A stretch of 64,000 nt of DNA, taken from NCBI RefSeq assembly GCF_056712565.1, contig NZ_CM160072.1; one strand, given 5' to 3'. How positions within the stretch are numbered: the stretch's first letter is position 1; each line of letters opens with the position of its first letter. The notes beneath the pieces were generated by a model. That model was not told where the DNA came from, ran no database searches, and saw only the letters and a program-made list of their open reading frames with translations. Position numbers and translations under genes: made by a program. This document shows positions 18,647 through 30,274 of this stretch, in pieces.

Positions 18647-19162
18647 TTATGAGCTGGCATCAGAAAAATGTGCCAGTAATTTTTTATTAATGACTTCAAA
18701 CAGTTCCTGTTCATCATGAGTCAGATAATCCCAGATTTCTTTCAGATACATGCTTTGTGCAAGAGTGAGCCTCTGAATAAAAAACATACCTTCAGATGTC
18801 AGACTGATTTTTTTAGCACGGCGATCCTCCCTGCTATCCGTCCTTTTTACATATCCGGCTTTTTCTAAAAAATCTGTAATGCGGGTAATATTAGTTCTGG
18901 TAAACTGAAGTTTCTGGCTTATCTCTGAAGGTGACAGACAATGGTTCTCCGCTGCGAATAATGTGGTGAGAACCATATATGCTGAGTGATTTATTCCATA
19001 CGCCCCCAGAAATTCAGATATATTATCCTGCATTCTTTTATTTGTGCGAATACAGAGCTGCATCAACAAATGTTCCCGAAAGGGATATGCGGGGTCTTTG
19101 TTTTTTTGGTGTCTGATTATTTTTTCTAATGTGTCTGTGTTATTCATTTCATTATTCTCCAT
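18647..19162 (-). CDS. MarR-family transcriptional regulator, PapX/SfaX-like (fimbrial-operon-associated)
   Basis: winged-HTH region LSPSEISQKLQFTRTNITRITDFLEKAGYVKR; recalled similarity to 17-kDa PapX-type proteins; start trimmed to MENNEM. Confidence 0.6.
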   Translation of the reverse strand: MENNEMNNTDTLEKIIRHQKNKDPAYPFREHLLMQLCIRTNKRMQDNISEFLGAYGINHSAYMVLTTLFAAENHCLSPSEISQKLQFTRTNITRITDFLEKAGYVKRTDSREDRRAKKISLTSEGMFFIQRLTLAQSMYLKEIWDYLTHDEQELFEVINKKLLAHFSDASS

Positions 19163-19364
19163 ATTACTGAAACACACTGTCTGTGTACAAGCGCGCATCA
19201 GTCATCCGGTAAACATCGACTTTCCACTACAATTTATTCCTACCTGATTTCTGTATGACAGAGTAGTCCCGACAGGCAGACGGATAAATTCCCGCAGGTA
19301 AAAGAACATAAATGCTGGCTGCTGACAAGTCTGTGAAAAAGGATTATTGTAGTGGTTCACAAAA

Positions 19365-20157
19365 TCAGGACACCGGAATAACCTGTTTCCACTTTTCTTC
19401 ATGTAAGCAAGGCGGTAAACCATCGTTGTTCGTGTGAGGTCGATAAACGTTGTAATAACCATTAATCCACTGGTTTATATCACGTACCGCATGGATAAAA
19501 TCACCATAACCACCTTTCGGAAGCCATTCATTTTTAAGGCTGCGAAAGACTCTTTCCATCGGCGAATTATCCAGGCCATTCCCTCTGCAACTCATACTTT
19601 GCATTACCCCATAACGCCAGAGTAACTTTCTGTATTTATTGCTTTTATACTGAACACCTTGATCTGAATGAAACAGCAGACGGCCATCACGTGATCGTGT
19701 TTCCAGTGCATTACGCAAAGCCCTACACACCAACTCAGCATCAGCGGTTAATGAGAGGGCTGAACCGGTAATCCGCCGTGAATATAAATCAACAACGAGC
19801 GCGAGCTAACACCATTTGTCATGCAGGCGAATAAAACTGATGTCGCCGCACCAGACGCGGTCTGGTGCGGCGGGGTGAAATTGCCGGTTCAGTAAATTTG
19901 GCAATGGCGGACTTTTGTCTTCGTTGACCCGGTAGTGATGTTTAACCATCTGTCGACTTGTCAGCCCGCATTCCCGCATCAGTCGTCGTGCCAGCCACCG
20001 GCCTGCATCAACGCTACTCTGGCGCAACATCTGACTGATTGCACGGCTACCGGCTGCGCCACGACTGAGAGCATGGAAAGCCCTCACCCGACTTCGTAAG
20101 TCAATTCTTTGCACATTAACAGGACGCGTCACCTGCGCGTAATAAACGCTACGGTTA
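19365..20157 (-). pseudogene. IS3-family transposase OrfB remnant (split into two frames, 5' end cut by IS1)
   Basis: ORFs 19806..20171 and 19365..19733 carry IS3-family OrfB motifs ([26 protein letters not shown]); frame break near 19740-19800; abuts IS1 end at 20158. Confidence 0.6.
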
Positions 20158-20172
20158 GGTAATGACTCCAAC

Positions 20173-20676
20173 TTATTGATAGTGTTTTATGTTCAGATAA
20201 TGCCCGATGACTTTGTCATGCAGCTCCACCGATTTTGAGAACGACAGCGACTTCCGTCCCAGCCGTGCCAGGTGCTGCCTCAGATTCAGGTTATGCCGCT
20301 CAATTCGCTGCGTATATCGCTTGCTGATTACGTGCAGCTTTCCCTTCAGGCGGGATTCATACAGCGGCCAGCCATCCGTCATCCATATCACCACGTCAAA
20401 GGGTGACAGCAGGCTCATAAGACGCCCCAGCGTCGCCATAGTGCGTTCACCGAATACGTGCGCAACAACCGTCTTCCGGAGCCTGTCATACGCGTAAAAC
20501 AGCCAGCGCTGGCGCGATTTAGCCCCGACATAGCCCCACTGTTCGCCCATTTCCGCGCAGACGATGACGTCACTGCCCGGCTGTATGCGCGAGGTTACCG
20601 ACTGCGGCCTGAGTTTTTTAAGTGACGTAAAATCGTGTTGAGGCCAACGCCCATAATGCGGGCAGTTGCCCGGCAT
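20173..20676 (-). CDS. insB: IS1 InsB
   Basis: identical 167-aa product. Confidence 0.85.
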   Translation of the reverse strand: MPGNCPHYGRWPQHDFTSLKKLRPQSVTSRIQPGSDVIVCAEMGEQWGYVGAKSRQRWLFYAYDRLRKTVVAHVFGERTMATLGRLMSLLSPFDVVIWMTDGWPLYESRLKGKLHVISKRYTQRIERHNLNLRQHLARLGRKSLSFSKSVELHDKVIGHYLNIKHYQ

Positions 20677-20870
20677 CCAACGCCATTCATGGCCATATCA
20701 ATGATTTTCTGGTGCGTACCGGGTTGAGAAGCGGTGTAAGTGAACTGCAGTTGCCATGTTTTACGGCAATGAGAGCAGAGATAGCGCTGATGTCCGGCAG
20801 TGCTTTTGCCGTTACGCACCACGCCTTCAGTAGCGGAGCAGGAAGGACATCTGATGGAAATGGAAGCCAC
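20595..20870 (-). CDS. insA: IS1 InsA
   Basis: identical 91-aa product. Confidence 0.9.
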   Translation of the reverse strand: MASISIRCPSCSATEGVVRNGKSTAGHQRYLCSHCRKTWQLQFTYTASQPGTHQKIIDMAMNGVGCRATARIMGVGLNTILRHLKNSGRSR

Positions 20871-21399
20871 GCAAGCACCTTAAAATCACCATCATACACT
20901 AAATCAGTAAGTTGGCAGCATCACCCAATCTGCTGACAGACGAAGATAATGAACCCGTTATGGTTTTTAACGGAGAGAGGAATGTACTGGCAGACAGTCT
21001 GAAACCACAGCCTCTGATTCTTCCGGTCAAGGGAAAATAAGCGTAATGTTCATCACCAGATTATGTACGATGAGTTTTCCACTGTTTATAGCAATTATCT
21101 TGCTAATAACCAGACAGGAGTAACCAGACCAACCGAAAACACCGGGAAGGTGATTACCCGCTGGCAGAGGAAATCCGGTTTTTTTTGATGTCAGCCATAA
21201 CGTGTTTGACAATAAAGCATCATGAAAGGGTGTTAATGAGTCCATGGGATAATTCATAAAAATAATTTACTGTGTTATCCTTTTCAAAAGAAATATTCAG
21301 AAGATAACCCCTGGCTGACAACCAGGGGAAGGGAGCATTAACAGTGTTATTATTGGTGAATAAATTATTACTTGTGTGCAGGATACACTAATGCAATAT

Positions 21400-22473
21400 C
21401 TACTGATACTGTATGCCAGTATGTTTCATGCCTGCCGCTGAAAACGGCAATATCCAGGGCCAGACATATTCACCATTCATATTTCTGCATTTCTGTACAA
21501 TTTTCTCAGAAAGCGTCTCATCAATTCTTTCACGCAACTTCTCCTGCTGTCTTAAAATACTTTCGCATATTTCGAAATCATCTTCCTGCATCAGCATTTC
21601 GGCGCATTTAATGATTTCTGCCCGTTCATGCAGCACAGAGGAATGATTATAGAGCCAGTTTACAAACAGCAATGCTTCCGGATATTGCCCCCATAACGGG
21701 TGGTATGTGGCATAATAATCTTCGGCAGTATCCGGACCGCCTGAAAAGTTATGCCATACAGCAAGTGGAAATGGATGCAGATTTCCGCACAGTATTTCTG
21801 CGATGTAAGTATTTGCCGCAAAGCCGCGACGAAATGCAGTTGCAGCTTTTACCAGTTCCCCATTAAGAAAATGCAGAAGGCCGAGTTCATACCAGTAAGG
21901 TGAAAATTCATCTGCATGTTCCTGCAGTATATGGCGTGCCTGTTCATGAGCGCCAGTGCGTAACAGTTCCGGTCCCAGTAGCCAGCGTGCACCATGATTA
22001 TCTTCGGGATTGTAATCCAGTATTTTTTCAATGAGCATGATGGCATCCTGATGACGCCGTAAATGTGCATTTGCCAGGATTGCCGCATAGAGGGCACGAA
22101 GAAAAGGTCGGTTGTCAGGATGTATCCAGATGATTCTGCCACTGAAACCTTCAGGGATAAGACGATTGCCAACTGCCAGCCCTTTAAGGGCAGCATTCAG
22201 CGCCTTACGCGGGGCATTCTGCTCCAGAAATACGTATGCCAAGTGAGCGTGTACATCAATAAAGTCATTCTCCTGTCGGGCAAGGCGCCTGAGTTTGTTG
22301 ATGTAACTTGTTTCGCTGATTTCATCCGCATCGTATGCATCAATCAGTTCTTCAAACTCATCCAGCAACGAGCCAAACCAGGTTTCCGGAAATATGAAAC
22401 AGCCCTGGTTATCGTTCACTTCAAAGCGTAATTTGCCAGTCATATTCTGAACCTGTAAAAAAGGATGGACCAT
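21400..22473 (-). CDS. Hypothetical protein (helical-repeat-like), island cargo next to integrase
   Basis: 357-aa ORF, no motif I can assign; good coding length and position. Confidence 0.4.
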   Translation of the reverse strand: MVHPFLQVQNMTGKLRFEVNDNQGCFIFPETWFGSLLDEFEELIDAYDADEISETSYINKLRRLARQENDFIDVHAHLAYVFLEQNAPRKALNAALKGLAVGNRLIPEGFSGRIIWIHPDNRPFLRALYAAILANAHLRRHQDAIMLIEKILDYNPEDNHGARWLLGPELLRTGAHEQARHILQEHADEFSPYWYELGLLHFLNGELVKAATAFRRGFAANTYIAEILCGNLHPFPLAVWHNFSGGPDTAEDYYATYHPLWGQYPEALLFVNWLYNHSSVLHERAEIIKCAEMLMQEDDFEICESILRQQEKLRERIDETLSEKIVQKCRNMNGEYVWPWILPFSAAGMKHTGIQYQ

Positions 22474-22698
22474 AACCTGCAGGCTATAAAAATTGTGATG
22501 CCTGGCATCGGTGTCCTTTTATTGTCCGGGATTAACGTTGCCCATGATAATACAGTGAATTCTGTTCTGTGGTAAGACGTTGAGTTATTGAATGAGAACC
22601 TCAGCCTGGCTGATGGTTCCGCCGGCATAAAAAAGAAATTGATTGAGGCGGGTGCTCTTCCCCTTAAGAGGAAGAGCATGTGTGTAAATGGCGTTCAG

Positions 22699-23964
22699 TC
22701 ACCTTTTCAGTGGATTGTTAACTTTTGCATATTCAAACGGACTGATACACTCCTCCCTGTTTGCATCCAGAAAATCTGCCCACCATTGCAGCATAAGCCG
22801 ACGTTCTTCCAGATGTTCTGCTTTATGAATATACGCGGCACGTACTCCGTTGCGCTCCTGATGACTCATCTGACGTTCAACCGCATCTCTTGACCATAAG
22901 CCGGATTCAATCAATGCACTGCACGCCATCGCCCGGAATCCATGGCCACAGACTTCCTTGGTTGTGTCATACCCCATCACTCTGAGGGCCTTATTTACGG
23001 TATTTTCACTGATTGGTTTACGTGGGTCGTGTGCTCCCGTAAAGATCAGACCATTTTCACCTGCCCATGTCTGAAGTTCTGCCAGTATGGCTACAGCCTG
23101 TTGGCTGAGTGGCACAAGATGTGGTGTTCGCATCTTGGAGCCCCGGTATGAAAATTTTACGCCTGGCAGAGGTTCGCGTTCGGCTGGAATAGTCCACATG
23201 GCATTGTCAATATCAATTTCAGACCAGCGGGCATATCTGAGTTCACTGGAACGAATAAAAACCAGTAAATTCAGCATAACTGCCAGTCGGGTGACAGGCT
23301 GGCCTTTATAACCGTCAATACGCGACAGAAGTTCAGGCAGGCGTGAAAGATCCAGAGCAGGGCGATGCTGGCGTTTTACCGTGGTCAATGCACCAGCCAT
23401 ATCCAGAGCCGGGTTATATCTGATGATGCCAGACTGTACGGCATAACGCATTACAGCAGATATTCTTTGCTGCAGACGACTGGCGATTTCATAAATTTGT
23501 TTAACTTCTGCAGCACGAACAGGGATAAGCAGATCCGGGGTACTGAGTGTTGTGATATCCCGGTTGCCGATAAAGGGGAAAACGTGAGTCTCGAGGCTTT
23601 TGAGTACTTTATCGCTGTGTGATTGTGCCCATTGTTTATTACTGGCATGCCAGCGTCGTGCAATATGTTCAAAAGAGAGCTGTAAATCAGGGACTACTTT
23701 TTTAGCTCTTTTCTGTTCGCAAGGGTCAACCCCCTCCGAAATCAGTTTTCGGGCCTCATCCCGTTTTGTACGAGCTTCGGAGAGAGAAACTTCCGGATAC
23801 ACACCAAGTGCCAGGGTTTTCTCCTTACCCAGAATACGATAACGGAGACGCCAGTAACGGGAACCATTAGGATGTACCAGCAGGAACATGCCAGCCCCGT
23901 CAGTGAGTTTATAAGCCTTGTCAGTGGGCTTTGCAGCCCGGATTTTTGCGTCAGTCAGTGCCAT
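22699..23964 (-). CDS. int: P4-type (CP4-like) tyrosine integrase
   Basis: 421 aa; N-terminal MALTDAKIRAAKP..KAYKLTDGAGMFLLVHPNGSRYWRLRYR typical of P4-family integrases; C-terminal HGFRAMACSALIESG and R..Y region; adjacent to tRNA 3' end. Confidence 0.85.
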   Translation of the reverse strand: MALTDAKIRAAKPTDKAYKLTDGAGMFLLVHPNGSRYWRLRYRILGKEKTLALGVYPEVSLSEARTKRDEARKLISEGVDPCEQKRAKKVVPDLQLSFEHIARRWHASNKQWAQSHSDKVLKSLETHVFPFIGNRDITTLSTPDLLIPVRAAEVKQIYEIASRLQQRISAVMRYAVQSGIIRYNPALDMAGALTTVKRQHRPALDLSRLPELLSRIDGYKGQPVTRLAVMLNLLVFIRSSELRYARWSEIDIDNAMWTIPAEREPLPGVKFSYRGSKMRTPHLVPLSQQAVAILAELQTWAGENGLIFTGAHDPRKPISENTVNKALRVMGYDTTKEVCGHGFRAMACSALIESGLWSRDAVERQMSHQERNGVRAAYIHKAEHLEERRLMLQWWADFLDANREECISPFEYAKVNNPLKR

Positions 23965-24127
23965 AGTTCAGCCTTCTGAATGCGTTAAAGAGGGTACAAA
24001 TTCTGTCGAACTGGGGTATACCCGCAATTATACCCACACAATGGGGTTGATGTGGGGGGAATCTGGTTGAGTTCGGTAGAATTGATTTGGAGGCAGAACG
24101 CTTAAATTGTGGCGTTCTGAAACGAAA

Positions 24128-24160
24128 AACGGACCTCCGTGGAGGTCCGTTGATATGAAC
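24128..24160 (-). terminator. Rho-independent terminator downstream of tRNA-Phe
   Basis: GGACCTCCacGGAGGTCC hairpin followed by T-run on minus strand. Confidence 0.6.
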
Positions 24161-24161
24161 T

Positions 24162-24237
24162 TGGTGCCCGGACTCGGAATCGAACCAAGGACACGGGGAT
24201 TTTCAATCCCCTGCTCTACCGACTGAGCTATCCGGGC
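24162..24237 (-). tRNA. pheU: tRNA-Phe (GAA)
   Basis: Reverse complement reads GCCCGGATAGCTCAGTCGGTAGAGCAGGGGATTGAAAATCCCCGTGTCCTTGGTTCGATTCCGAGTCCGGGCACCA. Confidence 0.95.
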
Positions 24238-24343
24238 AACGGGGCGCATTAAACCGTAATCTGCACATCTCGTCAACCTAATTTCAGTAAAAGCGATTCA
24301 ACTGCTTAAGATTGCGGCAAATCGCTTCTTTTCTGTGTTTCTG

Positions 24344-24919
24344 TCAGGTCAGTGCACCACCCTGACGGCAGCGGGCGAAGCGCAGGATATCTTCCGCCAG
24401 CCGATGTGCGGTGTCGACATCCGCCTGGCTACGATTCACCAGCATTCGGCTTAAACAGCCTTCCAGCACCAGTTCCATCTGCTTTGCTACCATCGCCGGA
24501 TCGTCAACTTCCAGCGTGGTTAACAGTTCGTGGGTGAAATCGTAGGCCGCGCTTTTTTGCTGATCGGCCAGTTGATGAATAGGGTGGCCAGGATCGGGGT
24601 AAAACGTACAGGCAGCGATAAACAGACAGCCCGGATAGCGGTTGTTTTTAACGCACTCCGATAACGCCTGATAACGTGCCAGCAACTTTTGTTCGGCGGT
24701 TTGCGTTTCGTCCAGCATCAGCTGACGACGCCAGACATCTATCTGTTGGCTAAGATAACGCAGCGCATCGTAGAGGATTGCCTCTTTGTCTGGCCAGAAG
24801 CGGCGTAGCTCGTCCAGTGGATAATCCACACGTTCAGCAACCATCTCCAGCGTGGTGTTGGCAATCCCTTGTAATTCTAATAATTTCAGGGCTTCTCCCA
24901 GTACATCTTCACGTTGCAC
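24344..24919 (-). CDS. yjdC: TetR-family transcriptional regulator YjdC
   Basis: recalled YjdC sequence; GTG start assumed. Confidence 0.8.
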
Positions 24920-24955
24920 GCTATTTTCCTCCGTCTTTCCCACTGCAAGTGTCGT

Positions 24956-26653
24956 TCACGGTTGGCGATCGCGCAAATGTGCGCTGAAGGTTTCAGCATC
25001 CATAAAGCCCGTGACGCGTGCTTGTGGATGCTCCTGGCCTTGTCCGTCAAAAAAGAGAATTGTCGGTAGGCCAAGGACATTAAGATGCTTTAACAGCGCC
25101 ACATCTTGTGCGTCGTTGGCAGTGACGTTGGCCTGAAGTAAGACCGTATCTGCTAACGCTTTTTGCACCTGCGGGTCGCTGAAGGTGTATTTCTCAAACT
25201 CTTTACAGGCGACGCACCAGTCGGCATAGAGATCTAACATCACTGGTTTGCCTTTGGCTTCAACGAGCGCCTGATTTAACTCATCTACTGTTTTGATTTG
25301 TGTAAAGTTGAGATGCGTCTGAGTTTGCGCGGTATGTGTTTCACCAAATGCCCAATCCTGAAGTGGGCGCACGCTAACCAATGCCGCTGCCAGCAGGATT
25401 ATTTGCACCACGCGCATCCAGCCGCGTTTGGCCTGTAGGCTGGTGATAAAGGCCCAGCCAAAGAATGCGACACCAAGCGCCGACCACAAGCGTAATCCCC
25501 ATATATCACCAATCACTCGCTCCAGCAGGAAGACCGGCAGTGCGAGGATCACAAAACCAAACGCGGTTTTGACTTGTTCCATCCACGGGCCGCTTTTCGG
25601 CAGCAAGCGGTTACCAAAGACGGTAATTAGCATCAGCGGCAGGCCCATGCCCAGCGCATAAAGATAAAGCGTGCCGCCGCCCAGCCACATGTTCCCGCTT
25701 TGGGCGATATACAGCAGAATCGCGCTAAGCGGTGCAGTGGTGCATGGTGAACAGATCAGTCCGGCAATCGCCCCCATAATAAACACACCGCCAGGTGAGC
25801 CGCCCTGTTGGCGATTGCTCATCAGCGTGAGACGTGTTTGCAGCGAAGAGGGGAGTTGCAGAGTAAACAAGCCAAACATTGACATCGCCAGCAAGGTAAA
25901 GACGATGGCGAGGCCAATGAGCACGTATGGGTGCTGTAGCGCCGCCTGGAACTGTAACCCTGCGGCGGCAACCACCAGACCCAGCGCCGTGTAAGTCAGC
26001 GCCATCCCCTGCACATAAATAAAGGTCAGCAACAATGCTCTGGCAGTGGAAAGCCGCTGTTTACCGCCCAGCACGATGCCAGAAATCAGTGGGTACATTG
26101 GCAGCACGCATGGCGTAAAGGCGATACCAATACCGATCAACAACGCCCAGAGCGCGGAAAAGGGCAATTGCGCGGTGGGCTGCTCTTGCTGCGGAACAGA
26201 CACAGGCTGTGACGCTTCGTTGTTAGCGACCACTTCGCTTAACGGAACGGTTTTGGTTTCTGGCGGATAACAGAAACCGGCATCAGCACAGCCCTGGTAG
26301 GTGACAGTTAACGTTGCTCCCGCACTCGCCTGGTTGATGGTTACGGGAAGCGTCAGCCGATCGCGGTAAATCTCGCTTTTGCCGTAAAACTCATCTTCAT
26401 GCCAGACGCCTTGCGGCAGCTGCACGTCAGCAATTTTCGCGTGTTCCGGCGTAATGCGGATCTGTTTACGGTAGAGGTAGTAACCGTCTTTGATCTGCCA
26501 GGTCAGATTCAGATCATGTTGATTTTGCTGAAAATCAAAAGCAAAGGCTTGATCCGCGGGGACAAATTGTGAACGTCCCGGCGCGTCGAATAATCCGGCA
26601 AAAACGGAAGTGCTGCAAAGTAGCAGGATCAGCGTAAAGATGCGTTGAGCCAT
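24956..26653 (-). CDS. dsbD: Thiol:disulfide interchange protein DsbD
   Basis: [19 protein letters not shown].. ; ORF-track start trimmed by 27 codons. Confidence 0.9.
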   Translation of the reverse strand: MAQRIFTLILLLCSTSVFAGLFDAPGRSQFVPADQAFAFDFQQNQHDLNLTWQIKDGYYLYRKQIRITPEHAKIADVQLPQGVWHEDEFYGKSEIYRDRLTLPVTINQASAGATLTVTYQGCADAGFCYPPETKTVPLSEVVANNEASQPVSVPQQEQPTAQLPFSALWALLIGIGIAFTPCVLPMYPLISGIVLGGKQRLSTARALLLTFIYVQGMALTYTALGLVVAAAGLQFQAALQHPYVLIGLAIVFTLLAMSMFGLFTLQLPSSLQTRLTLMSNRQQGGSPGGVFIMGAIAGLICSPCTTAPLSAILLYIAQSGNMWLGGGTLYLYALGMGLPLMLITVFGNRLLPKSGPWMEQVKTAFGFVILALPVFLLERVIGDIWGLRLWSALGVAFFGWAFITSLQAKRGWMRVVQIILLAAALVSVRPLQDWAFGETHTAQTQTHLNFTQIKTVDELNQALVEAKGKPVMLDLYADWCVACKEFEKYTFSDPQVQKALADTVLLQANVTANDAQDVALLKHLNVLGLPTILFFDGQGQEHPQARVTGFMDAETFSAHLRDRQP

Positions 26654-26967
26654 GAGAGGTAATCTGTGTCTCCGTGTGTAACAGGTAAAACCAGAAGTTC
26701 CGGGGTTTGATATGGATGATGAGACTTCAGGCATTCCAGCAGCGCCTGCTGGTGAGATACGGTAGTTTTTAAAATCATCTGCACTTCGTATTCTTGCTCC
26801 AGCTTACCTTCCCAGTAATAGAGAGAGGTAGCGCCGGGGATCAAGGTCGCGCAGGCCGCCAGTTTTTCCGCCAGCACTTTGGCGGCTAAATCCTGGGCTG
26901 TCGCTTCATCCGGTGCCGTACATAGCACCACGACAGACGTGGTATTCGAACTTTTTTCATCAAGCAT
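26629..26967 (-). CDS. cutA: Divalent-cation tolerance protein CutA
   Basis: [32 protein letters not shown].. Confidence 0.9.
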   Translation of the reverse strand: MLDEKSSNTTSVVVLCTAPDEATAQDLAAKVLAEKLAACATLIPGATSLYYWEGKLEQEYEVQMILKTTVSHQQALLECLKSHHPYQTPELLVLPVTHGDTDYLSWLNASLR

Positions 26968-27082
26968 AAACACCTCGCAAGAACAGATGGAACCGCAAGA
27001 GAGAGGTCACTATACAACGGACGGGGAAAGGATGTTAGTCGGCGGGAAAGAAAGCGGGGCGTGAACGCCCCGCGATGGGTCA

Positions 27083-28384
27083 TTACAGCATGAAGCTACC
27101 CAGCACGAAGCCGAAGCAAACGGCCAGGGCAACGCCCAGAGTACCCGGGATGAAGAACGGATGGTTGAAGACGAATTTACCGATACGGGTAGTACCCGTG
27201 TCATCCATCTGTACCGCAGCAACCAGTGTCGGGTAGGTCGGCAGAATGAACAGACCAGACACCGCAGCGAAAGAAGCAACAGCGGTCAGCGGAGAAACGT
27301 TCAGTGCCAGAGCCATCGGCATCAGTGCTTTTGCGGTTGCAGCCTGAGAGTACAGCAGAGCAGAAGCAAAGAAGAAGATGACGGCCAGCAGCCACGGATG
27401 ACCCTGAATCACTTCACCAGCGGTATCTTTGATCCAGTCGATGTTGTTGGAAACGAAAGTATCGCCCAGCCACGCAACACCCAGGATACAAATACAGGCG
27501 CTCATACCTGCTTTGAAGGTGCTGGAGTTGAGAATGTTGTCGGTATCGACTTTACAGATAACGGTGGTCAGAGTTGCAACGCTGAGCATGATGATCAGGA
27601 TTGCGTTGGTGGTGTTCATCAGCGGTTTTTCAACCAGACCCATGCTTGGGCTGTTGATGATTGCATAGATAACCACGCCAACTACGCCCAGCAGGAACAG
27701 CCAGACGGACGTTTTTGCACCGGATTTGATTTCAATCTGCTTTTCACCGCGCAGTTCAACCAGGCCCTCTTCCAGACGCTTGCGATAAATCGGATCGTCA
27801 GAGAGTTTGGAGTTGAACAGCATAGTGACCAGGAAGGACATCACCAGAACCGCCAGCAGGGTGGACGGGATGACCACGGAGAGCAGATGGAGGTAGCTGA
27901 TGCCATGACCTTCCATTACGGAAGACATGTAAACCACTGCCGCTGAGATTGGCGATGCGGTGATCGCAATCTGCGCGGATACCACTGCAGTAGACAGCGG
28001 ACGGCAAGGTTTAACGCCTTGTTCCTTCGCAACTTCAGCGATAACTGGCAGTGTCGCCAGAGAGATGTTGCCAGTACCAGCAAAGATTGTCAGGAAATAG
28101 GTCACGATCGGTGCGAGGATCGTGATGTATTTCGGGTTACGGCGCAGCAGCTTTTCTGTCTGATGAACCAGATAGTCCAGACCGCCAGCAACCTGCATGG
28201 CAGAAATAGCGGCGATAACCGCCATGATAATGGAAATGACATCGAACGGGATGTTACCGGGTTTAACGCCAATAGCGGCAAGAACCAGCACCCCCAATCC
28301 GCCTGCAAAACCAATACCTATTCCCCCCAATCTGGCGCCCAAGAAGATCGCCAGCAAAACTATGATGAGTTCTACAACTAGCAT
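27083..28384 (-). CDS. dcuA: Anaerobic C4-dicarboxylate transporter DcuA
   Basis: 433 aa polytopic, recalled DcuA sequence. Confidence 0.9.
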   Translation of the reverse strand: MLVVELIIVLLAIFLGARLGGIGIGFAGGLGVLVLAAIGVKPGNIPFDVISIIMAVIAAISAMQVAGGLDYLVHQTEKLLRRNPKYITILAPIVTYFLTIFAGTGNISLATLPVIAEVAKEQGVKPCRPLSTAVVSAQIAITASPISAAVVYMSSVMEGHGISYLHLLSVVIPSTLLAVLVMSFLVTMLFNSKLSDDPIYRKRLEEGLVELRGEKQIEIKSGAKTSVWLFLLGVVGVVIYAIINSPSMGLVEKPLMNTTNAILIIMLSVATLTTVICKVDTDNILNSSTFKAGMSACICILGVAWLGDTFVSNNIDWIKDTAGEVIQGHPWLLAVIFFFASALLYSQAATAKALMPMALALNVSPLTAVASFAAVSGLFILPTYPTLVAAVQMDDTGTTRIGKFVFNHPFFIPGTLGVALAVCFGFVLGSFML

Positions 28385-28501
28385 ATTAGCCTTCCTTGTT
28401 TTTTAACAAGTTGATATTAAATCGTTATTTTTAAGTTACTACTCACAAGAAAAAAGGCACGCCATCTGACGTGCCTTCTTTATTTGTACTACCCTGTACG
28501 A

Positions 28502-29938
28502 TTACTGTTCGCTTTCATCAGTATAGCGTTTTGCTTTGTAAGCCGGGTGCATCAGATTCTGTACGGAGAAAATATCGTCAAGTTCCGCTTCAGTCAACAG
28601 ACCGCGTTCCAGAACGACTTCACGTACACTCTTACCGGTTTCGGCACAGATTTTACCCACGATGTCACCGTTGTGGTGACCGATGAACGGGTTCAGGTAA
28701 GTAACGATACCGATAGAGTTGTAAACGTAACCTTCGCACACTTCTTTGTTAGCAGTGATGCCGTTAATGCATTTTTCCAGCAGGTTGTAGCAAGCGTTGG
28801 TCAGAATGTGAACGGATTCGAACATGGCCTGGCCAATGACTGGCTCCATAACGTTCAACTGCAGCTGACCTGCTTCTGCTGCCATGGTAACAGTGGTGTC
28901 GTTACCGATGACTTTGAAGCATACCTGGTTAACCACTTCCGGAACAACCGGGTTTACTTTAGCTGGCATGATGGAAGAGCCTGCCTGCAGTTCCGGCAGG
29001 TTGATCTCGTTCAGGCCGGCACGTGGACCAGAAGAGAGCAAGCGCAGGTCGTTACAGATTTTGGACATCTTCACAGCCAGGCGTTTCAGCGCGCCGTGAA
29101 CCATAACATAAGCGCCGCAGTCGGAGGTCGCTTCGATCAGGTCTTCAGCCGGTACGCATGGGAAGCCAGTGACTTCAGCCAGTTTTTTCACTGCCAGCGG
29201 AGAGTACTCTTTCGGCGTGTTCAGACCAGTACCGATTGCTGTTGCGCCAAGGTTAACTTCCAGCAGCAGTTCAGCGGTACGTTGGATATTTTTCACTTCT
29301 TCTTTCAGCAAGATGCTGAAGGCGCGGAATTCCTGACCGAGGGTCATCGGTACTGCGTCCTGCAGCTGGGTACGACCCATTTTCAGGATGTCCTGGAATT
29401 CGACAGCTTTACGTTCAAAGCCTTCACGCAGTTGGTTAATCGCATCTACCAGTTTAATCAGGGAAGAGTAAACTGCGATACGGAAACCGGTCGGGTAGGC
29501 GTCGTTAGTGGACTGACATTTGTTAACATGGTCGTTCGGGTTCAGGTACTGATATTCACCTTTCTGGTGACCCATCAGTTCCAGACCGATATTGGCCAGC
29601 ACTTCGTTGGTGTTCATGTTTACGGAAGTACCTGCGCCGCCCTGGTAGACGTCTACCGGGAACTGATCCATGCATTTTCCGTTGTTCAGGACTTCATCAC
29701 ATGCGGCAATGATGGCATTCGCTACACTTTTAGGAATGGTTTGCAGCTCTTTGTTTGCCATAGCTGCGGCTTTTTTAACCATTACCATACCGCGAACAAA
29801 TTCAGGAATATCACTGATTTTGTTGTTGCTGATATAGAAGTTTTCAATCGCTCTCAGAGTGTGAACACCATAGTAGGCATCAGCTGGAACTTCCCTGGTA
29901 CCCAACAGATCTTCTTCGATACGAATGTTGTTTGACAT
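28502..29938 (-). CDS. aspA: Aspartate ammonia-lyase
   Basis: [34 protein letters not shown].. ; fumarase/aspartase signature [11 protein letters not shown]. Confidence 0.95.
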
Positions 29939-30274
29939 GTGAACCTTCTTTTTCAAGCTGCCAATGATTTGCTTTAAACACACAGAATATATGTGGTTTC
30001 GAATGTTTTTCGGCCGACGATTATCCCCTGCATCGACCGAATACCCGAGATCATATGCTGCTTGAGGATTTCTACCGTAACCTGGATCACTTTAAGTGTC
30101 GGTTTTTACCCCTTAATTATTAATTTGTGAAATGGATCACCGCTTTGGGATTACTACCAAAAATAGTTGCGCAAACATCTTGAAATTTTGCTAATGACCA
30201 CAATATAAGCTAAACGCGATTCGCAACCCATTCAGGTAGCCGGGTTTAACCGGCTGCTATTACAGGAGAAACCT

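Larger units (their letters stand above)
20158..20925 (-). mobile_element. IS1 (canonical), inverted relative to copy at 17428
   Basis: Protein products identical to copy at 17428; IRs at 20158 (GGTAATGACTCCAAC) and 20903-20925; insA 20595..20870, insB 20173..20676. Confidence 0.9.

Noticed and set aside
28484-29935. 483-aa ORF antisense to aspA
   Set aside because: Shadow ORF opposite a well-supported conserved gene.
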